Shown here: in pieces, positions 36,105 to 45,676 of the stretch
Layout of the letters: the number at the start of each line of letters is the position of its first letter
How positions within the stretch are numbered: the first letter of the stretch is position 1
NCBI GenBank assembly: GCA_023247255.1
Contig: JAHFGV010000003.1
Span: 5,315-69,314 of the forward strand
Direction of reading: 5' to 3'
Length of the DNA stretch: 64,000 nt
Origin: Candidatus Omnitrophota bacterium
GTDB lineage: Bacteria > Omnitrophota > Gorgyraeia > Aquiviventales > Aquiviventaceae
Made by a program: the position numbers and the translations under genes
Notes under the pieces: model-generated
Told to the model about the DNA's origin: nothing
Database searches by the model: none
What the model saw: only the letters and a program-made list of their open reading frames with translations

Positions 36105-37406
36105 CTATTCATAGTCCTGTGTCTCCCGTATCATTTCATCCACAGTCGTGACTCCCTCTAACACCTTAGCCATCCCATCTTCCCGTAAGGAACGCATCCC
36201 TTCAGAGACAGCCTTGGCACGTAATTCGTTGACGCTGACACGATCGATGACCAAAGGGCGCAGGGTTTCCGTCAGGGCGAAGAGTTCAAAAACCCCTATC
36301 CGTCCTTTAAACCCGATCCCATGACACGCTTCACAGCCAACCGAGCGCATCAAAGGTTGCGTGAGTTCTGCGGCCGACGACAGCCGCAAGGCAGCCAACT
36401 CCTGTGGATTGGGATTATAGGGTGCCCGACACTGGGAACACAACTGACGGATCAACCGCTGGGCCAGCACCCCAGTGACCGTCGATGTCACCAAGAACGG
36501 CTCAATTCCCATATCCAACAATCGAGTCACCGCACCCGGGGCATCATTGGTATGCAACGTAGAGAACACCAAATGCCCCGTCATCGCGGATTGGATCGCC
36601 ACGCGCGCCGTTTCAGGATCTCGGATCTCTCCGACCATGATGACATCCGGATCGTGGCGGAGAATCGACCGCAGGCACGTTGAAAAATTAAGATGGATTT
36701 TCTCGTTCACCGGCACCTGGACCAATCCACCGATGTCATACTCGACCGGATCCTCGGTGGTGATCAGTTTCAGCTCAGGCCGGTTGAGTTTGTTCAGGCA
36801 CGCGTAAAGCGTCGTGGTCTTACCGGCACCCGTCGGACCTGTCACCAACAACAAACCGTGAGGGCGTGCGATCAAACGCTCAATCGCCTGATGGATGGCC
36901 GGGGCCATTCCCAGTTGGTCGAGCGTCTGCGTCAAGGCCCCTTTGTCCAGTATGCGCAGAACAATGCTCTCCCCGTAGACCGTGGGTAATGTGGAAACAC
37001 GAAGGTCGATCTGACGCGTTTGGGCACTCAGCAGAATCCGGCCGTCCTGGGGCAGCCGAGATTCTGCGATATCCAGATTAGCCATCACCTTTATCCGTGA
37101 AGCGATGGCCAAAGCCAGGCTCTTCGGCGGCTGGGCGACTTCATAGCAACGGCCGTCGATCCGGTAGCGGACAGAAACTTCCCGTTCAAACGCTTCAATG
37201 TGAATGTCGGAGGCCCGTCGATCCAGCGCTTCCGTCATGACTGAATCCACCAAGCGCACAATCGGTCCTTGACTGGCCAGCTCCACGAGTTTGGACTGGT
37301 CCGTGAGGGCATCCGCCGATAGCCCGATCTGCCCCGCTTGGGCAAATGCCTCGCTCAGCGCCTGAACCTGAAGTCGCGTATCTGCCTCAGCCATTTTTAT
37401 CACCAC
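36105..37406 (-). CDS. GspE/PilB-family secretion ATPase, short form lacking the N-terminal (N1E) domain
   Basis: Walker A GPTGAGKTT, Asp/His boxes, and a tetracysteine CSQC...CEACHG Zn motif typical of GspE/PilB (absent from PilT). Confidence 0.8.
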   Translation of the reverse strand: MVIKMAEADTRLQVQALSEAFAQAGQIGLSADALTDQSKLVELASQGPIVRLVDSVMTEALDRRASDIHIEAFEREVSVRYRIDGRCYEVAQPPKSLALAIASRIKVMANLDIAESRLPQDGRILLSAQTRQIDLRVSTLPTVYGESIVLRILDKGALTQTLDQLGMAPAIHQAIERLIARPHGLLLVTGPTGAGKTTTLYACLNKLNRPELKLITTEDPVEYDIGGLVQVPVNEKIHLNFSTCLRSILRHDPDVIMVGEIRDPETARVAIQSAMTGHLVFSTLHTNDAPGAVTRLLDMGIEPFLVTSTVTGVLAQRLIRQLCSQCRAPYNPNPQELAALRLSSAAELTQPLMRSVGCEACHGIGFKGRIGVFELFALTETLRPLVIDRVSVNELRAKAVSEGMRSLREDGMAKVLEGVTTVDEMIRETQDYE

Positions 37407-37534
37407 TCATCCTGAACAGCATACCGTTTTACGAATCCACTTTGCTCTGGGCTGCGGGCTCATTTGAACTACGCTCTGGGCTTGCGGCTCTGGGCTCTGG
37501 GCAATTGCCCTCAACCCTGAACCCTCAGCATCTT

Positions 37535-37600
37535 TCCATTGAGCCCCGAACCCAGAACCCTGAGCCAAGAGGGGTTTTTCAGTACCCTGTCAATCGATTA
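37535..37600. repeat. Family D repeat between the two gspE genes
   Basis: gagccccgaacccagaaccctgagccaagaggggtttttcag; preceded by a ctctgggct simple repeat at 37440-37500. Confidence 0.6.
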
Positions 37601-39430
37601 TTCGCTGCTGCCGGCCACTACCCTAAAAACCTCTCCGACCGATGTCAAACCTTCACGCACTTTAAGAAATCCGTCCTCTTGTAGAGTTCCCATCCCTTGT
37701 TGTTTGGCGGCGGTACGAATCACGGATGCGGAAGCTTTAGTCACAACCAGCCGGCGAATCGTATCGGTCATTTGCAGAAGCTCGAATATCCCGATGCGGC
37801 CTGAGAACCCAGAGCCATGGCAGTTCGGACAACCTTTACCTCGCATGATCTTTTCTATCTTTAGGGATTCCAAAACGGAGCGTTCCTCAGGAGTCGGAGT
37901 CTCTGGGGCACAGCAGTCCGGACAGATACGACGCACCAGGCGCTGAGCCAATACCCCTTGGATGGTCGATGCCACCAGAAAAGGAGCGATCCCCATATCG
38001 ATCAATCGAGTAATCGCGCTAGGCGCGTCATTGGTATGCAAGGTTGATAAGACGAGATGGCCGGTGAGCGCAGCCTGGATCGCCACCTGGGCTGTTTCCT
38101 GATCTCGAATTTCACCGACCATGATAATGTCCGGCGCCTGCCGCAACATGGACCGAAGGGCGGCCGCGAAGGTCAGTCCAATCGTCGCTTTCACAGCGAC
38201 CTGATTCACACCCACCAGTTGGTACTCCACCGGATCCTCCACAGTGATCAGCTTTCGATCCGGACGGTTAAGTTTTGCCAGGGCCCCGTAAAGCGTCGTG
38301 GTCTTTCCAGAACCGGTGGGGCCGGTCACCAACACCATTCCATGGGGACGGCTGATCAGTTCCTCCCACTGCTTGATGCCATCCGGGTGTAAACCCATCT
38401 CGGCCAGGCCACGGATAGGCTGGCTGCGATCCAACAACCGCATGACGATCGATTCCCCATGCATTGAGGGCAAGGTAGAGATACGTACATCCAACGGCTT
38501 TCCCTCAATCGAAAGCTGCAGACGCCCATCTTGAGGCAGCCGTTTCTCAGCGATATTCAACCCGCCCAAGATTTTGATCCGGCTGACGATGGGTCCCTGT
38601 AGGGCCTTGGGTGGGCTGTTAACATCATGCAGAATGCCGTCAATGCGATAGCGAACCCCTAGCTGATCCCTGCCGGGTTGGATGTGCACGTCACTCGATC
38701 GCATGCGAACCGCCTCAGACATCATGGAATCGACCAGACGGATGATGGGCTCGTCCTCTGCAGACACACCGGATTTCTGTGGCCTTTGGGGGGCGGGTGG
38801 GGACGCAACAGGGGATGGAGTGGGCGCTGGCGTTAGGGTTGGTGAAACCCTCAAAGTTACCGGAGGGTTAAGTACAGGAGTCTCTATCTTCTCAGCGGCC
38901 TTGGAGGCGTTGGAGACAATCGGTGATGCCGTTGTCTGCGGGATAGATAGCGCAGGGGTGAAGACCTCAAGGGACACAGACTCCACGGAAGTCAGCCATG
39001 TGATCAAATCTTGTTCCCGAACGAGCACCACTTCCAAAGAAAGACCACACTGGCGTTCGAAATAAGGCAGGGCGAACACGGATAGAGGATCATCCGTGGC
39101 TAATAAAACCTTATCTGATTCTCCATGCAGAGGAACTAATCGATGCGTGCGCCACACATTTGCGGGGATGCGGTTGTCTGCAACCATCTCACGCATGACT
39201 TTTGAATCGAAACGCTGGGGCAAGATCCCCAGTGGCACTGCCAATCGTCTTCCCCCCTCGATATCTCGAAAGACCCCCAATCGAACCAGAATCGCGCTGA
39301 AACGTTCCCCGGTCTGGGTCAATTCCTCTTGGGCCTGAGCAATCTGCTGGGGCTGAGCAATCCCTAGCTCCTGAAGCCGACTGCGGATTGCCTGTGCATG
39401 GAGGGGAATGACTCGGGCACTTTGAGTCAT
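37598..39430 (-). CDS. gspE: GspE/PilB-family secretion ATPase, long form with N-terminal T2SE_N domain and Pro-rich linker
   Basis: GPTGSGKTT Walker A, CPDCC...CPNCHGSGF Zn motif, N-domain plus [18 protein letters not shown] linker. ATGA overlap with the upstream cupin gene. Confidence 0.85.
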   Translation of the reverse strand: MTQSARVIPLHAQAIRSRLQELGIAQPQQIAQAQEELTQTGERFSAILVRLGVFRDIEGGRRLAVPLGILPQRFDSKVMREMVADNRIPANVWRTHRLVPLHGESDKVLLATDDPLSVFALPYFERQCGLSLEVVLVREQDLITWLTSVESVSLEVFTPALSIPQTTASPIVSNASKAAEKIETPVLNPPVTLRVSPTLTPAPTPSPVASPPAPQRPQKSGVSAEDEPIIRLVDSMMSEAVRMRSSDVHIQPGRDQLGVRYRIDGILHDVNSPPKALQGPIVSRIKILGGLNIAEKRLPQDGRLQLSIEGKPLDVRISTLPSMHGESIVMRLLDRSQPIRGLAEMGLHPDGIKQWEELISRPHGMVLVTGPTGSGKTTTLYGALAKLNRPDRKLITVEDPVEYQLVGVNQVAVKATIGLTFAAALRSMLRQAPDIIMVGEIRDQETAQVAIQAALTGHLVLSTLHTNDAPSAITRLIDMGIAPFLVASTIQGVLAQRLVRRICPDCCAPETPTPEERSVLESLKIEKIMRGKGCPNCHGSGFSGRIGIFELLQMTDTIRRLVVTKASASVIRTAAKQQGMGTLQEDGFLKVREGLTSVGEVFRVVAGSSE

Positions 39431-39756
39431 GCGATCGGACCGGTAACGTAGAGGTAGCGAACCTTGGCTTTTGATCGATTCACGATCCGGTGGGTTGTCT
39501 GGGAAGGAAGAAAAACACAACGTCCCAGTCGAAAGTGAACGCGACGAATGGCGTGTGGTGAAATCTGAATTTCAAGTTGGGCCTGCCCTTCGAGAATAAT
39601 CAAGAGCTCTTCACGCGATCCTGTGGAATGCCAATTCATCACGCCTGCGGGGGCAAGCACTACCACCTGTGCCTTGAGTCCCTGGGCAGTCTTGGGGACC
39701 AGGCGTCCACTCTGAAGGATCGATCGCACCCAAACGCGTGGGCCAGTCGTGGGCAT
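39427..39756 (-). CDS. Small cupin-domain protein (~110 aa)
   Basis: Two-motif cupin beta-barrel pattern ([32 protein letters not shown] ... [15 protein letters not shown]). The track ORF starts inside a family B MITE. The stop overlaps the gspE start (ATGA). Confidence 0.55.
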   Translation of the reverse strand: MPTTGPRVWVRSILQSGRLVPKTAQGLKAQVVVLAPAGVMNWHSTGSREELLIILEGQAQLEIQISPHAIRRVHFRLGRCVFLPSQTTHRIVNRSKAKVRYLYVTGPIA

Positions 39757-39767
39757 TTTAATCACTG

Positions 39768-40085
39768 GGCTTTTGCAAAAATAGCCAACGCGTCGACTGA
39801 GTGTTGTGTCATGTTCCAAAAGAAGTAATGAGGATTGTGTCATGTTTCATGTGTCATGAAAAACTGTTTCATGTTTTATGTGTCATGAGTCATGGAAAGA
39901 AAAAGGAGCCCTTTGGCCATGCTTGAGATGCCTGTTTATTTTCTGCTTTTTCATGACACATAACACATGACTCATGATACAGACGTGAGTACTGCATTAG
40001 AACCATAATCCACTTTCTTCCTGGCCATGGGCGACTTGGCCACTAAGGTCGATGCATTTTGCAAAACCTCAGTCACTGACTTAGC
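39768..40085. mobile_element. MITE-like element, family B (full copy)
   Basis: gggcttttgcaaaaatagccaacgcgt... TGTCATGA arms ... core ggaaagaaaaaggagccctttggccatgcttgagatgcctgtttattttctgc ... gatgcattttgcaaaacctcagtcac. Confidence 0.75.
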
Positions 40086-40920
40086 GCGGTGGGAGATTGA
40101 TGACATGAGCCAGGTAGGCGGCCCCAAATCCGTTGTCGATGTTAACCACACCGATGCCAGGAGCGCAACTGTTGAGCATAGTCAAAAGAGGGGCGATCCC
40201 TCCGAAATTGGCCCCATAGCCGATGCTGGTAGGCACAGCCACCACAGGGGCTCGCACCAAACCGGCTACCACGCTAGCCAAGGCCCCTTCCATGCCGGCA
40301 ATCACGATAATGACGCGTGCCTTATTGAGCAACGGCCACTCACTCAGTAGCCGGTGGAGTCCTGCGACACCGACGTCATACAGACGCACGGCTCGGCTGC
40401 CGAGAACCTGCAACGTGACGAAGGCTTCCTCCGCTACCGGAACATCGGCCGTCCCACCTGTCACCACAAGGACAAGTCCCTTCAAAACCTGCCGAGGACT
40501 CGCCCCCCGTTTAAGATAAGCCACCCGTGCGAGAACTTCATAGCGAAGAGCGGGAAGCTGCCTGTGGATTTGTTGAAATTGCTCGGCATCGAGCCGCGTC
40601 AGCAATACCGATCCCTGCGTCTGGATCAAGCGACTGGCGATCTGCACGATCTGCTGGGGGGTCTTGCCCGCACACAGCACCACTTCCGGAATTCCCCGAC
40701 GCAGATGTCGATGGGTATCCAACCGGGCGGACCCAATTACATCAAAAGGCAGGCGTCGTAACTGATCCAGAAGCTGTTGCGGTTTTCGGCGGCCATTTTT
40801 GACTTGATGGATTAAGCGACGCAGGCTCTGCTCGCTGAAGCGATCCCCTCGGACGCTTGAGCGTAAGGCCGAACGTTTAAGAGATTCCCCAGCGCGATGG
40901 TTTTTGCCCCGAGTGCTCAT
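40081..40920 (-). CDS. larB: LarB-like (PurE/AIR-carboxylase-related) nickel-pincer cofactor biosynthesis carboxylase/hydrolase
   Basis: PurE-fold C-half (LVLVVTGGTADVPVAEEA...IIVIAGMEGALASVVAGL...VVAVPTSIGYGANFGG) plus the LarB-type N-terminal extension. No larC/larE nearby. Confidence 0.7.
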   Translation of the reverse strand: MSTRGKNHRAGESLKRSALRSSVRGDRFSEQSLRRLIHQVKNGRRKPQQLLDQLRRLPFDVIGSARLDTHRHLRRGIPEVVLCAGKTPQQIVQIASRLIQTQGSVLLTRLDAEQFQQIHRQLPALRYEVLARVAYLKRGASPRQVLKGLVLVVTGGTADVPVAEEAFVTLQVLGSRAVRLYDVGVAGLHRLLSEWPLLNKARVIIVIAGMEGALASVVAGLVRAPVVAVPTSIGYGANFGGIAPLLTMLNSCAPGIGVVNIDNGFGAAYLAHVINLPPR

Positions 40921-41225
40921 GACAAAACCAGATACACAACCAGCCCCGCAAGAAGCAGCGCAGAGACTAGATAGAAGTCATAGAAATAGATAAATTCTAA
41001 GACCTGCTGATACACAGACGGTTGCCGAGCAATTACAGGAATCGCCTGGATGGATGACAACTGTAATGTCTGCTTTAATTTCTGAACATGGTCCGGGCGG
41101 AATCGAAGAAACTGACCCCCGAGTTTATAACCGCTGAGCCTCCCCTCGCACACGAGTTGCTCGACGTCAGGCTCACCGATCTCCAGAAATCGGGCAACCT
41201 CAGCGGTCGTCCACAATTTTTCCAT
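40917..41225 (-). CDS. Membrane-anchored helix-turn-helix protein (excisionase/MerR-like HTH N-domain, single C-terminal TM helix)
   Basis: LWTTAEVARFLEIGEPDVEQLVCEGRLSGYKLGGQFLRFRPDHV HTH_17-like motif; C-terminal FIYFYDFYLVSALLLAGLVVYLVLS. ATGA overlap with larB. Confidence 0.5.
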   Translation of the reverse strand: MEKLWTTAEVARFLEIGEPDVEQLVCEGRLSGYKLGGQFLRFRPDHVQKLKQTLQLSSIQAIPVIARQPSVYQQVLEFIYFYDFYLVSALLLAGLVVYLVLS

Positions 41226-41231
41226 TGATCG

Positions 41232-41400
41232 CTACCCCTTCCTAATATGCAGTATTCACGTCTGTGTCATGTTTCATGGTTCATGTGTCATGAAAAAGCA
41301 GAAAATAAACAGGCATGTCAGGCATGGCCAAAGGGCTCCTTTTGCTTTCCATGACTCATGACACATGAAACATGACACAATCCTCATTACTTATCCCAAG
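41232..41400. mobile_element. MITE-like element, family B (partial copy, inverted)
   Basis: gcagaaaataaacaggcatgtcaggcatggccaaagggctccttttgctttccatgactcatgacacatgaaacatgacacaatcctc. Confidence 0.7.
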
Positions 41401-42628
41401 ACCCCGCACCCTGTGGCGGAGGGCTTCTCGGATCGATCTCATTATAGAGCGCAGCGATGTCTTTCAAAAGGCGTTGATATCCGAAACGTTCGATGACACT
41501 CACCCGCCCGGATTGTCCCAGTCGTTGACGCAGGTCTGGATTTTCAATCAAGTGGGTCAGTGCCGCAACAAGGCCGGGCGTGTCACCCGGACGAACCAAC
41601 AGGCCGTTTGCAGCCTGCTCAAACTGTCCGGGCTCGATAGGCAAAGCGCTGGAGGAATCAGCCCCCAGGATTTCTCGAACCCCACCGACGTCCGTCGCCA
41701 CCACGGCGCGCCCTGCGGCTGCGGCTTCGATTAATGCCACAGGGGTTCCCTCATTGGACGATGTGAGACACACGATGTCCAGGTTCTCATAGATGGAGCG
41801 TAGGTCGCATTGCCAGCCCGAAAAGCGAATCCAGTCGTCCAGTTTTCCACGGGATACTTTGTCTTGGAGTTCTTGCCGCAAAGGGCCGTCTCCGACGATC
41901 ACGCTTGAGAAACCCTGGGGAGGATAGCGATGGCTGAGGCGCTCGATGGCTTCCAGAAACATCCGGTGGTTCTTGATGGGCACCAACCGTCCGATTATCC
42001 CACATCGAATTCCCTGAGCGGGCATTTGGGCCAGAGGCAACTGACAGAGACTGAACAGATCTAATCCTACAGGGATGACTCGCCATTGGGTCTTGTGGCC
42101 GATGCCCTTGGCCAGTAATTCGTCTTGCACCCGTCGACTGACTGCAAGGAGACAATCGGTTTGTGCAGCCAGGATGCGTTCTATCGTAACAAAGATGTAT
42201 GACAACAGCCCCGAGAAGTATCCCTCCAGCACATGCCCGTGAAAGGTGTGGATCAGTTTTGCCCGCTGCCGGGGCTTTTGCCAGGCGTTATAGCCGATCC
42301 CCGCGAGCCGTCCCAAACTTCCCGCTTTTGCCGTATGGGTATGAATCACATCAGGACGTTCTTCCCACAGGATGCGAAGGATTTTTATCCATGAAATCAG
42401 ATCGCGCCACGGATGAATGGCGCGGCGCAGGCTGTTCAGACGGATCAGCCGAACCCGATTGGTTTGAACCCAATCAGTCAGATCCCCTTCCTCGGAATCC
42501 GGTGAACCCACAATCAAACAGGTTTTATTTTGCTCAAAATCGAGATGGTTTGACAGAATAGCGACGTGGATGGCCGGACCTCCAATGTTCATGCGCGTGA
42601 GGATGCGGACGATTTTACGTGCCGGCAT
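41387..42628 (-). CDS. GT4-family glycosyltransferase (GT-B fold)
   Basis: N-terminal GT4 donor-binding pattern (IGG...), C-terminal EGTPVALIEAAAAGRAVVATDVGG (E-x7-E type motif). Confidence 0.8.
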   Translation of the reverse strand: MPARKIVRILTRMNIGGPAIHVAILSNHLDFEQNKTCLIVGSPDSEEGDLTDWVQTNRVRLIRLNSLRRAIHPWRDLISWIKILRILWEERPDVIHTHTAKAGSLGRLAGIGYNAWQKPRQRAKLIHTFHGHVLEGYFSGLLSYIFVTIERILAAQTDCLLAVSRRVQDELLAKGIGHKTQWRVIPVGLDLFSLCQLPLAQMPAQGIRCGIIGRLVPIKNHRMFLEAIERLSHRYPPQGFSSVIVGDGPLRQELQDKVSRGKLDDWIRFSGWQCDLRSIYENLDIVCLTSSNEGTPVALIEAAAAGRAVVATDVGGVREILGADSSSALPIEPGQFEQAANGLLVRPGDTPGLVAALTHLIENPDLRQRLGQSGRVSVIERFGYQRLLKDIAALYNEIDPRSPPPQGAGSWDK

Positions 42629-43568
42629 GCATTGCCCTTGCAACGACTTCCATGTAAGGTCCCGTGCGAGTCCATCGGGCGAGCTGATTGACCAGAGAGG
42701 CGGCCCAGTATTCGAAATGTTCCTTCGCCGTTTTCCGCGACAGAAGCGTTCTTCCTGTGTAAAGTTTCAGCGTGAGCGCCGAAAAACCGGTCTGAGTGAG
42801 CAACTGCAACAAGGAACGTCGGGTGAATCCTTGCACATGGTAAGGAGCAAACGTAGGGGATAGTTGCGATACCCAATCCTTTCCTTGCAGAGCGAAATAG
42901 AGATTGCCAATCGTGTTATAGAGGCTCGCTTCATTAGGAACGTCGATCCAGACGACTCCATCCGGTTTCAGGATTCGGTGGATCTGCCGCAACATACCTT
43001 TGGGGTCGTAGAGGTGTTCCAAAACAGCGCCCAGCGTCACCAGATCGAAAGTGGCATCCGGATAGTTGGCACGAGCCAGAGTGCCCTGCGTTACCTGCAC
43101 TCCATAGGTAGCTTTCGCAAACTCGGTAAACTCGGCTGAGGCTTCCACTCCATACGGATCCCATCCGAGGAAGCTGGCGGCATACAACAGCTCTCCCCTG
43201 CCTGATCCGATATCCAGCATGCGTCCGCGGCCGTTACAGTAACGTTCCAGTTCTTGAAGCAGGATGCGAGCCTTTTCAATCTTGGTCTGTGGATCGTGAT
43301 TGACGAAATACTCATCGACGTCGTGATAGAGAGCGTTCGGGTCGTCGGTCATGGGCATGGGATGGGGGTAGAGATGGCTGCACACACGGCACTGGACGAT
43401 GGTGCATCGAACTCCCTTGCGGTGCTTATGCGCTTGTCCACCCCGATCGCCGAGCCTTATACACTCTCGGGACTCGCACACCGGACAAGGATTATCCTCC
43501 CACTGATACTGGGGTGCCTGTTCCGTCTCGATGGACGATGAGTATCCCATCGGATTTACGGACATCAC
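42615..43568 (-). CDS. Class I SAM-dependent methyltransferase with N-terminal CxxC...CxxC zinc ribbon
   Basis: CPVCESREC...CRVCSHLY, then MLDIGSGRGELL (motif I) and ILKPDGVVWIDVPN. Confidence 0.75.
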   Translation of the reverse strand: MMSVNPMGYSSSIETEQAPQYQWEDNPCPVCESRECIRLGDRGGQAHKHRKGVRCTIVQCRVCSHLYPHPMPMTDDPNALYHDVDEYFVNHDPQTKIEKARILLQELERYCNGRGRMLDIGSGRGELLYAASFLGWDPYGVEASAEFTEFAKATYGVQVTQGTLARANYPDATFDLVTLGAVLEHLYDPKGMLRQIHRILKPDGVVWIDVPNEASLYNTIGNLYFALQGKDWVSQLSPTFAPYHVQGFTRRSLLQLLTQTGFSALTLKLYTGRTLLSRKTAKEHFEYWAASLVNQLARWTRTGPYMEVVARAMHAGT

Positions 43569-45532
43569 TGTTTCCTTTGATCGGTAATCGAGCCTGCGAG
43601 CACCTCAGAACCGGACGAACAGTGTTCGTCTAAATTGGGATTTTGCCAGACCCCGCGAGCGGTCATTTGCAGCCAGATTTCTAACGTGGCCAGATTCCAC
43701 AATTGCAATCCACGATTGCACTCTTTCTGCAAATGGGCGCGACACAATTGCTCCACAGCTTGCGAATCCAGATAACTTCGCCAGCGCGCCTTGGGATTTA
43801 AGAGAACCTCAAAGACGGCCGGCCTCAACTCGGTTCTGAACCAGGCATCCAAAGGAACGCCAAAACCCCATTTTCCCCGTCGCTGAATCCGAGGTGGAAG
43901 TAAATCCGCGAACGCTTCTTTCAACAACACCTTGGTGCGCATTCCTCGCAGCTTATAGGAATCGGGCAATGACGCCGCGAATTCGATGAGCGCGATATCC
44001 AAAAACGGCGAGCGTGTTTCCAACCCATGCGCCATGCTACAGCGATCCATTTTGACATGAAGATCATTCGGAAGGTATTCGTGGAAGTTGACGTAGAGAC
44101 TTTGAGAAAGGGCTGATGCCATAGGAACTTCAGAGAGCCAGCGTCGTACCGGTGCTAGCCAGGATTCCTCACCCAGGTTGCGCCATTCAGGACGCAAGAG
44201 CCCTATCGGATTGGGAAAATAGGACACCCAACGCGCCAGACGCTCGTCCCACGGTTTACGGGCGGCATCCAGAAATCGCTGCAGTTCACCCAGCCAGCAT
44301 CTTTGGCTCCATCGTTGCACATGAGCCTGGTTGAGGATTCCGGCCATGCCTTCTACCAGCCAATGGGGCAGTCGTTGGGAGATGGAAGCGGCTATGAATC
44401 GGCGATAACCGGCAAACACCTCATCTCCTCCGTCTCCATTCAAGGCTACGGTCACATGTTCTTTAGCCAGGGCACACAGGAAAAAAGTAGGAATCGCCGA
44501 GGCGTCACCGAACGGCTGATCATGGTGGTAAACGAGCCGTTCGATCCAGTTAAAAGCTTTTGGCTGCACGATGAATTCCGTATGCTTGGTGTGAAAGCGC
44601 TCGGCCACCAAACGCGCATAAGCCGTTTCATCATAGCGGGGATCACCGCCAAATCCAATGGTAAACGTATGGACAGCTTCGGGGATCAACCGACTCATCA
44701 GACCCACGATGATGCTGGAGTCGATGCCCCCGCTTAAGAAACCACCCAGAGGCACGTCCGAGACGAGGCGCTTGCGCACCGCTTCGGTCAGATGTTGACG
44801 CAGGGTACGAATCGTCTGCTGGCGTGAACCCACAGCAGTCCGCGTAGGGATATTCAGACGCCAGTAACGTCGAATGGCTGCCTTGCCTGAGAGGAGTTCC
44901 ACCGTCAGGACAGAAGCGGGGGCTAAAGACTGGATATGGGTATAAAAAGTGTTTGGAGTAGGCACATAACCGTACGCGAGATAGAACGGAAGGACGCTCT
45001 CACGGAATTGGCAAGGGATTTCCGGATGCACCAAAAGCGCTTTGATCTCAGAGGCGAATGCCCAGCGGTTTTGATCGCTGGAGTAAAAAAGAGGCTTCTT
45101 GCCTGTTCTATCCCGAGCCAAAAGAAGCTTTTGCCTGGGACAATCGACGATGGCGAAGGCGAACATTCCATCGAAACGTTCCACGCAATCCGCCGGCCAT
45201 TGTTCATAGGCCTGGAGGATGACCTCCGTATCGGACTGGCTAAGGAATCGGCGGCCGTGGCTTTCTAACTCCGTTCGGAGAGATCGGTAGTTGTACAGTT
45301 CCCCGTTGTAGACGATCCAGGTGAAACTATCCTGACTGGCCATGGGTTGTCTGGCGGCATCGGTAAGATCGATTACCTTCAAACGGCTGTGGCCCAGCCC
45401 CACCCATGATGTGGGAAAAGCGATACCCCGCTCATCCGGCCCCCGATGAGCCAAACGGTTCGTCATGGCCTGGAGCACGGATTCTGCAACCGGCTGTTTG
45501 TCTCGGTTGATCACACCACAGATGCCGCACAT
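43565..45532 (-). CDS. asnB: Asparagine synthase (glutamine-hydrolysing) family amidotransferase, copy 1
   Basis: N-terminal MCGI Ntn-glutaminase, SGGIDSS PP-loop. ATGA overlap with the upstream methyltransferase. Confidence 0.85.
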   Translation of the reverse strand: MCGICGVINRDKQPVAESVLQAMTNRLAHRGPDERGIAFPTSWVGLGHSRLKVIDLTDAARQPMASQDSFTWIVYNGELYNYRSLRTELESHGRRFLSQSDTEVILQAYEQWPADCVERFDGMFAFAIVDCPRQKLLLARDRTGKKPLFYSSDQNRWAFASEIKALLVHPEIPCQFRESVLPFYLAYGYVPTPNTFYTHIQSLAPASVLTVELLSGKAAIRRYWRLNIPTRTAVGSRQQTIRTLRQHLTEAVRKRLVSDVPLGGFLSGGIDSSIIVGLMSRLIPEAVHTFTIGFGGDPRYDETAYARLVAERFHTKHTEFIVQPKAFNWIERLVYHHDQPFGDASAIPTFFLCALAKEHVTVALNGDGGDEVFAGYRRFIAASISQRLPHWLVEGMAGILNQAHVQRWSQRCWLGELQRFLDAARKPWDERLARWVSYFPNPIGLLRPEWRNLGEESWLAPVRRWLSEVPMASALSQSLYVNFHEYLPNDLHVKMDRCSMAHGLETRSPFLDIALIEFAASLPDSYKLRGMRTKVLLKEAFADLLPPRIQRRGKWGFGVPLDAWFRTELRPAVFEVLLNPKARWRSYLDSQAVEQLCRAHLQKECNRGLQLWNLATLEIWLQMTARGVWQNPNLDEHCSSGSEVLAGSITDQRKQ

Positions 45533-45676
45533 CGTATCGTCAGACCTCAGGAATCAGGAAGCGCACAGTACATAGCACTCAGCAGATAGCTCGATAGCAG
45601 ATAGCAAATAGATGAAACGAGGGAAAACTCTGTATCATTTCCCATATGCTATCGAGCTATCTGCTGAGTGCTGTTG

